A stretch of 64,000 nt of DNA from NCBI GenBank assembly GCA_016191015.1, contig JACPPM010000044.1, positions 3,862 through 67,861 of the forward strand, read 5' to 3'. A program made the translations under genes and the position numbers. Below the pieces are notes generated by a model, which did no database searches, was not told the origin of the DNA, and saw only the letters and a list, made by a program, of their open reading frames with translations. Below are positions 22,914-31,987 of the stretch, piece after piece (position 1 is the first letter of the stretch; every line of letters starts with the position of its first letter). Origin of the DNA: Acidobacteriota bacterium (lineage in GTDB: Bacteria; Acidobacteriota; CAIWXX01).

Positions 22914-25900
22914 TCTTGAACCTCCTTGACGATTGGGATATCCCACGCGAGGGCGGCGAAGCCACGCGAGCCCCACGCCCAAATCTCCCGGCGCTCCGCG
23001 ACGATTGTACATCCTTCCGGTGCCCACTCGAGCGGGAAGCAGCCCGTCCAGCGAATCGGGGGTGACTCGTCCTCCCGGGGCTCGAACATCCGGACAAAGC
23101 CGGCAGAGTCTATGAGCACCCCCACTCGGCCGTCGCGACTCAGTGCAGCGGTGCGAATACCGGGCAGCAGCTTCACCGGCGGACTCGCCATGCCATTCAG
23201 GAGAAGCCACGCACCCATCGCGCCGTCGGTGAGGAGCACGCGTTGGCCGGTGCCGTCCACGGCTAGGGGACCACCCAACTCGAACGGTCCAGCGATCGTC
23301 TCCTCGCTCCGGATCGAGATCGAGAAAGGACGTGAGTACCATCCCGCGTCGACCGCGATCTGGCCGGAGTCGGCGATCAGCGCGCCCGTACACCAGCCCT
23401 CCATCCATCGCTCCCATATCCGCCTCCAGGGAGAGATCGTGAATGCCTGGAGGCGGGTCCGCTTAGCGCCCTCGACTGTTCGGCAGCCGACAAGAAGATA
23501 CCGGCCGTCGGGCGAGACGCTCGACAGCATGAGGTGAACGGTGTGCTCAGGGAGATCGTCGGGGGGACCGAGATTCATGGGAGGGTCCGACGTCGAGCAC
23601 CTCGCCAGATAAGAACGAGATCGACCTTCGAAGACGAGGAGTCCCTCGCTCGAGCCGATTCCGTGGAGAGCGCGCAACGCCCCTCCCGCGTCGCCAATCG
23701 GAAGCGCCGTCGTCACGTCTCCCGCGGGCACTTCCCAGAGCATCCCCCTCCTTTCGGCAAGCAGCGTCTTGCCCTCTGCCAGAGGAGCGATCCCGGCTAC
23801 GGCGTCGCGCGGCATCGAATTATGGGGCTGCGCCGGGAAGCCGAGATCCGGGGGATGCAGGATTCGCAGCACACCCTGCTCGTGCAGGACCGCTATCGCC
23901 TCAACGCCCGGGAAGACTCCCACCCACGAAGCGTATGACCCGGCTTCTGCGAGAACTTCGGTTTGCCATGCCGTCGACTCCGAGCGGCGCGAGCACGCCC
24001 CCCGCTCATCGACGGAGATGACGACGCGGCCATCCTCCTCCAGGATTGCACAGGTGATGCCCACGCCTGTCTCGCCATGCAATCGGACGCATCCGGAAAC
24101 CGCGATGACCTCGAGGTGGCCTGTACCGAGCACAACCGCATACCGTTGCCCGTCGGACGAGAGGCTCAGCGCGCGTACCTCCCCCGCGTGTCGCGAGAGC
24201 GGCAGAATCTCTCCGTCCAAGCTGCCCCGCCAGACCTGACCTCCATCGGTCCCCAACAGCCACTGCCGTCCGTCCGGCGCGATCGTCACGGCGCTCGGTC
24301 TCCCGCTGATGGTGCCCTGACGCATGCGCGTGGGTCGGGCCTGGGTGAGGTCGTACAGGACCCACTCACCCGACTCAGCCGAGACCACGAGCCGCGAACT
24401 GCCAGCAGCGAGTGCCAGCCCGGCAATCGGCCAGCCCGTACGAAACAGAAACGGCGGCTCGGTGGGGAGTCCCCGCCAGAGGGCCACATTCTGCCCGGCG
24501 ACGCCGACGACATGCCGATCGTTTGCGTCCAGATATCGAAGCCCACCGGGAGCCCCGAGTCCTTCTTGACGTACGACGCCTTCCGAATCCAGTACGATCC
24601 AGCGCCCCGACTGCTCGAACACGAGAAGCCCGAGAGGCGACAGTGCGACGGTCAACGGTCCGGGACGGTCCCCGATCCGGATCTCCTGCACACGAGTTCC
24701 CGTGATGTGGCTGGGTGAGGTGCGACTGCGGACCAGCGTTTGACCGGCCCGGCGAATGCTCTCGGCGTGGACGTCGAAACGTCGCTTGCATTCCTGTCCC
24801 ACACGCGAGCTCCAGCGGACGCGATGCCAGAGCTGCTGAAAGGCGAGTGTGTCATGTCGGCGGATACTGGGAGCTTCCGCCCAGAGCAGCGAGAAGAGAG
24901 CATCGTAGTCGGCTACGTTCGGGTCGGGCGGCCCGGCCCTGCCGGATTGCCGCTGCCATTCGCCGCCGGCGTGCCTTAGATCGGCCAGCATTCGATCGAC
25001 CCCGAGCTCCGGCGACACGCAGGTGCTGGAGAGGAAGCTTGGGCTGGTGAGGCGATCGTGGAGGGAAGTCCAGTCTCCTGCAGCCGCACTCTGAAACGCA
25101 CTCTCGTAGAGGCGGCGCGTCTCTGACGGCACCGATCGCGGATCGTTCTTGGAAAGAACCGGTTTCGGCCAGAGGAAGAGCGACGCGAGAGCGGCGTGCC
25201 GCTGGCAGCGTTGCTGAGAGTCACTCAGGTAGATCTCGCGGACGATATCCGCCACCATCTGATCGCGAAGTACGAGTACAGGGGCTCCCGGCGCACGCAT
25301 CTCGAAGAGGTAGGGCTCGATGTCCGAGTAGAGCCGGGCCCAGATGACAGGAGGCACCTGCGCGAACTCAGGCGACTTGCGGCCCAGGTGACGGAGCTCG
25401 GCGATCACTTCCGGATCCAGGGAAAGAGTGGCGACCAGCTCGTCTTCAGCGAGCCCGGAACGAGCGGAGGCAAGGTAGGCAAGGCAGCGGTCGACCAGCT
25501 TTGCCCCGTGTCGGCTCGGACTCGAAAGGCGCTCGAGCCGCCGCAGTACCAACTCGCGCTCGTCGCGGGCGAGCCGCGTCTCTTCCACGGGCGAGAACGA
25601 GTGCCACTCACGGGCCTCTTCGAACGCAAGCCGCAGATAGAGGGGAGAGGGACAGGCACGAAAGCCGGTGAGGACCGCCTCTCGCTGAGACGGTGAGAGA
25701 GTCCGCCCGGCCTGGTCGAGCCAGCGGTCGAGGAGCAGCTCTCCCTCAGAGGCCGTCATACGCGGGAGCGCGCAAATGGCCGCTTCCCCGAATCTTTCGG
25801 AGAAGGGGGCCGGCGGTTCGGCCGCCGCAACCGACAGGACGAGACGTACATGCGCCGGAAGCTGCGGCGCGGGTGGGATCCACGCGAGCCCTCTGGACGC

Positions 25901-27295
25901 CGCTTCTTCTGTCAGCCTCTCCAGTCCGTCGACAAAGAGGATGAGGGGCGTCTCCGGCCGAGCGCTTTCCAGGCACCTGGCAAACTCGCTCACCATCTCC
26001 GCAGGGCCGGCGCTCACGTCCACCTGGATGCCGAGCGCCCGCGCGATTTCGTCGCAGATCGAAGCAAGGAGTGGCTGCAATCGAGTGGACGCCGCCGTGG
26101 CGCCTAGATAGCGTGCAACGATGACCGCGTTCCCCTGCCGCTCCCGTGCACAGCGTGCCGCGTGCGCCATTAGGGCAGACTTGCCGCTTCCCGGTGGCCC
26201 CCAGAGAACGAGCGGATGCTTCGCATCGCTCCCGAGGTACTCCTCGACTTGGCGAAGCGTCTTCTCCCTGCCCACGAACGGGGAGGCCGTCTGGACGGCG
26301 AAGGCGCCGTGTCGATCGCATTCCCGCTGAAGAGGCGTGACAGTCGTATGACTCTTGGACTCGGAGACGATGATGGCCGCGAGTCTCCGGAAGACATCCT
26401 TGCAGAGGCGATCGACCTCCAGCCGACGTAGCTGTGCTTCCTTCCCGTCCCAGACGGCCGAGTAGCTCTTGATCTGTCCTGGAAGCCGGTCTATCAGCGT
26501 CTGCCGGAGAGCCAGCACTCGATCGTGAGCGAAGCGATCGTGCGCCCACCCGTGGTCGGGATCGAAGTCGGCGTAATCGCGCGCCTTCGGAATCGACTCT
26601 GCATCGAGGACGAGGCGTTCCAGATTGGTAATCGTCCGGAAGAAGCCGAACACATGTTGGCAGGCGTCGGGAACCGCCAGCGCGCCCCGATGGATCTCCT
26701 GCTCTGTGGCAGAAGCACCGTATTTCAACCCTGGGGCGACCTCCGGGCTCCCGGATGACGAAGAGAGATCCCGCGTCCCACGGTGGAGAAACGGAAGGAG
26801 GCGGGACTCGACTTTGCGCCAGGCGACGTCATCCTCGCACAACCCCACCCGGGACCTCAGAATCCACTCAGCGACTACCCTCCCTGCTCGCCGCCGCGCA
26901 GCGTTCCCGTCATGCACGTACCACTCGCGGAGCTCGTCCATCTCACGCTCCGTACAGCGCGATACGATCAGCTCCCACTCGTCATCCGATATGTAAGGGG
27001 GGAGGGGTCGCCAACCATACCGATCGCCGAGGAGGACGATGAAGTTCGGGCGCGGAGAGAGGCGCTGGCAGCGGGCCAGCTCCTCGAAGCAGACATTCAG
27101 AGTGCGGTGGTCGAGCGAAGCCTCTGCGCTGACGCCCCAACGGAGGTCAATGGCCTGGAAACTGGCCCCACGACGCTGGCAAAGTCGACGGAGTCGGGGG
27201 AAGACGCGCTCATCAAGCGCGTTGCGCTCCTCGACGAAGTCGGCAAAGGTGGAGCTGACGAACACCCTGAAGACGGTTCCGCGCTCGCGGGTCAT
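22910..27295 (-). CDS. Second STAND NTPase: DUF4062-like N-terminus, NACHT P-loop, helical arm and a divergent beta-propeller-like C-terminal region
   Basis: FRVFVSSTFADFVEERNALDERVFPRLRRLC...IDLRWGV...FIVLLGDRYGWRPLP. Walker A LVLWGPPGSGKSALMAHAA. Walker B-like LILFVDGLERL. Weak blade-like units in the C-terminus (VTIAPDGRQWLLGTDGGQVW, LSLSSDGQRYAVV, VSPDGRYLLVG, ALSRDGRVGVLI). The ATG at 27295 has AGGAG 6 nt upstream; the ORF is open to 27445. Confidence 0.85.
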   Translation of the reverse strand: MTRERGTVFRVFVSSTFADFVEERNALDERVFPRLRRLCQRRGASFQAIDLRWGVSAEASLDHRTLNVCFEELARCQRLSPRPNFIVLLGDRYGWRPLPPYISDDEWELIVSRCTEREMDELREWYVHDGNAARRRAGRVVAEWILRSRVGLCEDDVAWRKVESRLLPFLHRGTRDLSSSSGSPEVAPGLKYGASATEQEIHRGALAVPDACQHVFGFFRTITNLERLVLDAESIPKARDYADFDPDHGWAHDRFAHDRVLALRQTLIDRLPGQIKSYSAVWDGKEAQLRRLEVDRLCKDVFRRLAAIIVSESKSHTTVTPLQRECDRHGAFAVQTASPFVGREKTLRQVEEYLGSDAKHPLVLWGPPGSGKSALMAHAARCARERQGNAVIVARYLGATAASTRLQPLLASICDEIARALGIQVDVSAGPAEMVSEFARCLESARPETPLILFVDGLERLTEEAASRGLAWIPPAPQLPAHVRLVLSVAAAEPPAPFSERFGEAAICALPRMTASEGELLLDRWLDQAGRTLSPSQREAVLTGFRACPSPLYLRLAFEEAREWHSFSPVEETRLARDERELVLRRLERLSSPSRHGAKLVDRCLAYLASARSGLAEDELVATLSLDPEVIAELRHLGRKSPEFAQVPPVIWARLYSDIEPYLFEMRAPGAPVLVLRDQMVADIVREIYLSDSQQRCQRHAALASLFLWPKPVLSKNDPRSVPSETRRLYESAFQSAAAGDWTSLHDRLTSPSFLSSTCVSPELGVDRMLADLRHAGGEWQRQSGRAGPPDPNVADYDALFSLLWAEAPSIRRHDTLAFQQLWHRVRWSSRVGQECKRRFDVHAESIRRAGQTLVRSRTSPSHITGTRVQEIRIGDRPGPLTVALSPLGLLVFEQSGRWIVLDSEGVVRQEGLGAPGGLRYLDANDRHVVGVAGQNVALWRGLPTEPPFLFRTGWPIAGLALAAGSSRLVVSAESGEWVLYDLTQARPTRMRQGTISGRPSAVTIAPDGRQWLLGTDGGQVWRGSLDGEILPLSRHAGEVRALSLSSDGQRYAVVLGTGHLEVIAVSGCVRLHGETGVGITCAILEEDGRVVISVDERGACSRRSESTAWQTEVLAEAGSYASWVGVFPGVEAIAVLHEQGVLRILHPPDLGFPAQPHNSMPRDAVAGIAPLAEGKTLLAERRGMLWEVPAGDVTTALPIGDAGGALRALHGIGSSEGLLVFEGRSRSYLARCSTSDPPMNLGPPDDLPEHTVHLMLSSVSPDGRYLLVGCRTVEGAKRTRLQAFTISPWRRIWERWMEGWCTGALIADSGQIAVDAGWYSRPFSISIRSEETIAGPFELGGPLAVDGTGQRVLLTDGAMGAWLLLNGMASPPVKLLPGIRTAALSRDGRVGVLIDSAGFVRMFEPREDESPPIRWTGCFPLEWAPEGCTIVAERREIWAWGSRGFAALAWDIPIVKEVQE

Positions 27296-27511
27296 CAGAG
27301 GCTCCTGGTTGCGATCCCTTGGACCGCGGTGTCCACCGCGATTACCTGCGTGGCCGTCTTCATCCTCAGCCCGGCCGCCGTGCTCGCCGCCAGCGGCCGC
27401 TGCACGCCAGCTTCTCCGAGAGCTAGGGCGCAGCCAATAGTCCATTCATCCGTCATGCCCATGCAACGAGTTGGGTGCAAGAGGACCTCTTCGCGCGCTA
27501 TTGGCACCCGA

Positions 27512-29203
27512 TCAGGGATTCATCAGCCGTCCCACCTCCTGAAAGATGGTCGACGTGGCGAGCTTCAGATCCTCGACAACATCGCGCTTCCAGTACCGGG
27601 CCGCGGCCTTGGTGCCGCCGGGCAGGAGGCTGTGGAAGTAGGCGAGCTTGCCCTGAAGGCGATGGACCACGGAGAAGGTCACTTCGCTCTGGAAGAGGAG
27701 TGGATGTCGACAGAGCGAATCGAGCTCTGCAAGGCGATCGCGAAAAGCGAGCTCGGCAGGCCGATTGACGAGCTTCTCCTCAAGGAGCGCGCGCGCGGCA
27801 ACTCGGCCTGCCTGAATTACTTCGTCGACGCGCTTCAGATGACGAAGGCATTCCGCCCGGTGCATGTCGACAGCGGCGGTTCCAGTGCCAGCTGTCTGCG
27901 GCGCGGCACGGCCCTGCAGCGCCATGACAGCCCTGAGTTGTTCGACTCGCAGGTTGCCCTTTCCAAACAGGGAGTGCAGGGCCGAGAGCACCGAGTTGAG
28001 ATCCCGTGAGTTACCCGGCCATCGATGGTGCTGCATTTCTTGGAGGATCTCTTCCGGGAGCGCGGCGGTCTCATCCTTTGTGACCCTCTTCCACAGCGCC
28101 GCCGCGATCAGTGGGATGTCCTCGGGGCATTCTCTGAGTGTTGGTGTACGAATCATGAACCCTCGGAGACGGTAGTAGAGATCTTCTCTGAACAGGCCCG
28201 CCTGCACCAAAGAGAACAGATCGCGGTTGGTCGCCACGACGACCCGCGCGGAAACGTCGGTTTCCACGGAGCTCCCCAGCATCAGCACCTTCTTCTCCTG
28301 GAGCGCTCGCAGGATCTTGACCTGGTGGCGAGGTTCCAGGTCGCCGATCTCATCAAGGAAGATCGTGCCCTCCTGGGTATCCCGCCAAAGGCCCGCGCGG
28401 ACTCTGTCGGCACCCGTAAAGATCTTTTGATGTCCGAAGAGCATCGGTTCGAGCAGCCCGCTGGGTATGGCGCCGCAGTTGACCGGCGTGAAGGGACTGC
28501 TCTTGCGCCAGCTCTGTTCGTGGATGCACTTCGCGACGACTTCCTTCCCCGTGCCAGTGTCGCCGGTGATCAACACTGGATCCCCACTGGCGGCTGCGTG
28601 CATGATGAGCGCCCTCACCAGTTGTGCCTGCGCGGATCTGCCCACATAGCGCGTTTCGAGCTCCGAAGGCACCTTGGCGCTGTGCAGGAGATCCAGCAGC
28701 GTCCGAGCGAACACCGCGTTGTCTCCATCGGCAGGCCGCTGTTGCGCTGGTGTCCGGGATGAAATAGTAGGCGTCACTGAGACCGGGATGGGCGCGGCTA
28801 CATCCGTCTGCTTCCCGATCTCATCGAAGAGTTTCTGGGTCAGACCGATGACATAGACGTTTCTATCCCGCATGCGACTCGCATTCCCGAGGAGCGTCCT
28901 GATGCTTCTCATGCACTGCCCGGCCGACGTGAAGCCTCCGTCTATCAGTGGGATCTTTGAGCAGCCGAGAAGCAGCTTCGAGAGCTGCTTGGCTCTGTGT
29001 TTCCGGCCGCGGTCGATCGTCACATCCCTCAGCTGGCGCAGCGCGTGAAGATCATCGCTGCGGATGGCGACGGCTGCCGGGGCCATCTGCGATTTTATCT
29101 TTACAAGCTCTTGCGGCGACTCTGCCTCCAGCTCGGTGAGAGCCCCCTCGCACTCCCCGCCATCAATTCGGAACTGCAACACAGGAATCTTCATCGGCCC
29201 CAC
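27512..29203 (-). CDS. Sigma-54-interaction-type AAA+ activator (bEBP-like) with novel N- and C-terminal domains and no recognisable Fis-type HTH
   Basis: Walker A VLITGDTGTGKEVVAKCIH. MLFGHQKIFTGA stands in place of ELFGHEKGAFTGA. Walker B TIFLDEIGDL. Also VVVATNRDL, FREDLYYRL and WPGNSRDLNSVL. The last 100 aa or so are helical but lack the usual AAxxLGxSRxTLYRK HTH. Confidence 0.8.
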   Translation of the reverse strand: MGPMKIPVLQFRIDGGECEGALTELEAESPQELVKIKSQMAPAAVAIRSDDLHALRQLRDVTIDRGRKHRAKQLSKLLLGCSKIPLIDGGFTSAGQCMRSIRTLLGNASRMRDRNVYVIGLTQKLFDEIGKQTDVAAPIPVSVTPTISSRTPAQQRPADGDNAVFARTLLDLLHSAKVPSELETRYVGRSAQAQLVRALIMHAAASGDPVLITGDTGTGKEVVAKCIHEQSWRKSSPFTPVNCGAIPSGLLEPMLFGHQKIFTGADRVRAGLWRDTQEGTIFLDEIGDLEPRHQVKILRALQEKKVLMLGSSVETDVSARVVVATNRDLFSLVQAGLFREDLYYRLRGFMIRTPTLRECPEDIPLIAAALWKRVTKDETAALPEEILQEMQHHRWPGNSRDLNSVLSALHSLFGKGNLRVEQLRAVMALQGRAAPQTAGTGTAAVDMHRAECLRHLKRVDEVIQAGRVAARALLEEKLVNRPAELAFRDRLAELDSLCRHPLLFQSEVTFSVVHRLQGKLAYFHSLLPGGTKAAARYWKRDVVEDLKLATSTIFQEVGRLMNP

Positions 29204-29362
29204 CTCTTTCCGAGTTGAGTTTCGCCATCATATTCCCAACTCGTCTTCACCTCAACCGGGCCTCGCGTTCAACTCGACGCCCAGTTCCACAACATGACTG
29301 TTGCCCTCGTTTCGACAGCGGTAGTCCTGCGCGACCCGCGCGCAACGCGGTTCGTGGAATGC

Positions 29363-31987
29363 TCAGATGTGTGACTTGAGCACAGCGTAGCCAGCTTTTG
29401 CCAGGATCCGCGGGATGTCGCGCACAAGGAATCGGTCCCTCTCTTTCTGCCCTTCCGGCAGCTGCTCCCACGGGAGCAATGCTTCGTGCTGCTTGTTCGC
29501 CTTATTGGTGTCGGACGAGTAGCTCCACCCGGCTCCTATCTTGGCTTGCATCCACCGGTCGTGTTCCATCTTCGACAGAAGATCGAGATCCGGACCTGGA
29601 AACTCGAATGGCCGCTCATTGCTCCGCGCCGGCATCATCACGTAGCTGACGGCAGAGAGCTTGTTTGGGATATCGCGCACGTTGCCGCGGTTCTGTTCCT
29701 TCTCGTCCTCGGCCAATTGCTGATAGGGCTTGATCGCGCTGTTGGTCTTCAGGATTTCATCATTCTTCGGCCCATAGCGATAGCCGTTGGACTTCATGTT
29801 GTCACAGAAGACCTCATGAGCGGCTTCGGCGAGTCTCTCGAGAAGGGGTCCATCCAGCCTCATTTGTTGGGTCAGCGCCATGAAATCCCGCCCGTCGACG
29901 TGCAGTTCGAGTTGGGCTTCGGAAGGCAGGCACGAGCGCTCGAATGCGCTCCTTCCGGCGAGCAGGCTCATCCCAATAACGGCTTCGAGCGAACGGGCTC
30001 CGTGCTTGTATTCACGGGTATGAAGGAACGCGCGGAGAACGCCCGGGTCTATGCTCGGGGCCAACGCGCCGCCCTGCTTCTGGAAAATGTGCCGGACCGT
30101 CCGGGAAAGCACCGATCGCAGCACCATGGCTCGGCGGATCACGTGGAGTGAGTCGACCGGCTTGCCGCTGGGAACCTGAGGGTTGAGACCCAGTATGTTG
30201 ATGTAGCCCTTCAAACGGCTGAGGAAGTCCGGGCCTTTCATCCTGACGAGCTCTTCGCGGCTCAGCGCTCCACCGAAGTCCTCCATTCGAGCGCACGTAC
30301 CTCCGGCGAAGACAAAGATGGCACGGCCAATAGGGTGCGCGATCTGTCCCTGCTGGAAGAAACCATCCTGCATGGGGGCGAGGAAATATCGAAGCCACCC
30401 CAGAGGCCTTCCTGCCAGCGCCGTGTCAAACTCGTCCCAGAACACGAGCGGAATCTGACCGGACAGTGCAACGTCTCGCACCTGGTGCAGAGCATCGAAG
30501 AGTGCTTCTTGCCCATCAAACTGGGAGAGGTTGAATTCAAGCGGCTTGATGGCACTGGACCGCACCGAGCGGGCGACCTGCTTCACTCCGAACGATTTCC
30601 CTGATCCGGGAGGTCCGAAGACCCCGATCGAAAGCGGCCGCTGCTGGCTCTGCCCGCAATATTCGATGAACAGACTTCGGATGCAGCGGAAGCTCTCGAT
30701 TTCATGGCGATCCGCAGTGATCAAGTCCTCGAACTGACCTAGGGGGACTCCTCTGAGGGCCGTCTCCGGCCCCTTCAGCACAATGTCTTCGGCGATACTA
30801 TCCAACGACCCCGCGCAACGATCCTGGAGGATTGTCCAGAAGGCGCTTTCAGGGGCGGTGCTGCCATCTGACGCGGAGCCGCTGATGAATCGTGAGGGAT
30901 CTTGCACATCGACCACGTCGAAGGGTCTTGCCACGGCCGCCACCACCTTCGCAATCGCTTCGTGCGGGAAACTCAACCCTGCCCGCTTCCCGCCGATCGC
31001 TCGCTCTTCATAACCTTGCTGATGGAGCACGCGCATCGCTGCGATGCCGGCTTGGATGCCCTGGACAAGATCGGGGTCTTCGGGGCGGATCATGACCTGG
31101 CGAGCCAGAGAGCCCGCGAGGCACGATGTGTAGCCAATCATTCCTCCTGGCAGATTCTGATTCCACGCGCCCTCGGGGAGTGTGGGGTCATAGATGAGCT
31201 TGCAGGTGGAATCCGCGCGCGAGTGCAGCCATGCCCCGGCCGTGTCGAACGATACGACGATGTGCGCGATGCGAGAGAGCGAATTGACGCGCGGGTTATG
31301 CGTCAGCTCCCAGAACAGATCCTGCACGGTTCGTTCCCAGGAGAGCTCCCGACTGATCTTGACCTCGGTGCGCCGCAGGTCGTTGACGGTCATGACAACG
31401 ATCAGCCGATCTGACCACTGTTCCAACAGGTGCTCCCACAGCTCTCCCTGCGCAACCGGCCGGGCCATCTTGAGGAGTATCCACGGGCGACGCCTGGATT
31501 GGACCAGTGCCCGCGGCCACATCTCCTTCTGGTTCCGAAATCCCAGGTCGGCGTCGTCGAGCACAACGAGGTCCGTTTCGGACGTATCGTCTGCGACGAC
31601 TTGGCACTCCCGACTCCCGGGATCAACCCCCAAGGACTCTTCGACCCGCCACGCCAGCGCCTTTCCGTCCGTGCGCTTGTACTGCGACCAGAGCGCATAC
31701 GAGTGATTCATACGTTCGTCGTCGAGCTGCGCAGGTCCGAAGGATGCGCCCGCCCGTCTCACTTCGAAATCCGGCCCGCCGTCACGGCGGAGTGTTTCGG
31801 CGACCGCGTCGATCAGCCCGGCCACCAGCGCTGCCCCGCCACACTGAGAGGAGGCACGCACTGTGTCAACTCGATCACACGACTGCGATGCGCTGTCCTG
31901 GCGTTGTCGAAAACGCCTCAAGTTCCAATCGATCGTCACGTCGCCTGTTACGATGGCGATCTTCTTCTGCGCGCGAGCGTCCGGCAT
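29363..31987 (-). CDS. PfkB/ribokinase-like N-terminal domain (degenerate), AAA+ ATPase and tandem RyR-like module
   Basis: N-terminus KKIAIVTGDVTIDWNL...CGGAALVAGLI...DLVVLDDADLGF...GYTSCLAGSLA (PfkB-like layout, tentative). Walker A IGVFGPPGSGKSFGVKQVA. Walker B-like PLVFWDEFD. C-terminus AHEVFCDNMKSNGYRYGP...YQQLAEDEKEQNRGNVRDIP and LSKMEHDRWMQAKIGAGWSYS...LLPWEQLPEGQKERDRFLVRDIPRILAKAGYAV. The ATG at 31987 has GGAGG 7 nt upstream; the ORF is open to 32041. Confidence 0.8.
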   Translation of the reverse strand: MPDARAQKKIAIVTGDVTIDWNLRRFRQRQDSASQSCDRVDTVRASSQCGGAALVAGLIDAVAETLRRDGGPDFEVRRAGASFGPAQLDDERMNHSYALWSQYKRTDGKALAWRVEESLGVDPGSRECQVVADDTSETDLVVLDDADLGFRNQKEMWPRALVQSRRRPWILLKMARPVAQGELWEHLLEQWSDRLIVVMTVNDLRRTEVKISRELSWERTVQDLFWELTHNPRVNSLSRIAHIVVSFDTAGAWLHSRADSTCKLIYDPTLPEGAWNQNLPGGMIGYTSCLAGSLARQVMIRPEDPDLVQGIQAGIAAMRVLHQQGYEERAIGGKRAGLSFPHEAIAKVVAAVARPFDVVDVQDPSRFISGSASDGSTAPESAFWTILQDRCAGSLDSIAEDIVLKGPETALRGVPLGQFEDLITADRHEIESFRCIRSLFIEYCGQSQQRPLSIGVFGPPGSGKSFGVKQVARSVRSSAIKPLEFNLSQFDGQEALFDALHQVRDVALSGQIPLVFWDEFDTALAGRPLGWLRYFLAPMQDGFFQQGQIAHPIGRAIFVFAGGTCARMEDFGGALSREELVRMKGPDFLSRLKGYINILGLNPQVPSGKPVDSLHVIRRAMVLRSVLSRTVRHIFQKQGGALAPSIDPGVLRAFLHTREYKHGARSLEAVIGMSLLAGRSAFERSCLPSEAQLELHVDGRDFMALTQQMRLDGPLLERLAEAAHEVFCDNMKSNGYRYGPKNDEILKTNSAIKPYQQLAEDEKEQNRGNVRDIPNKLSAVSYVMMPARSNERPFEFPGPDLDLLSKMEHDRWMQAKIGAGWSYSSDTNKANKQHEALLPWEQLPEGQKERDRFLVRDIPRILAKAGYAVLKSHI

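Noticed and set aside
22914-23417. N-terminal extension of the 21783.. ORF
   Set aside because: The extension overlaps the 3' end of the STAND gene in another frame and is Arg/Gly-rich. The internal ATG at 22913 gives the classic ATGA stop/start coupling and a sensible TM-first protein.
27501-27517. TTGGCACCCGATCAGGG, a sigma-54 -24-like TGGCAC on the plus strand
   Set aside because: No TTGC-type -12 element lies at the right spacing. It points away from the cluster genes and overlaps the bEBP stop region.
26783-28009. 408-aa plus-strand ORF overlapping the STAND gene's 5' end and the bEBP gene's 3' end
   Set aside because: It is antisense to two well-supported genes and has an Arg/Ala/Gly-rich composition.
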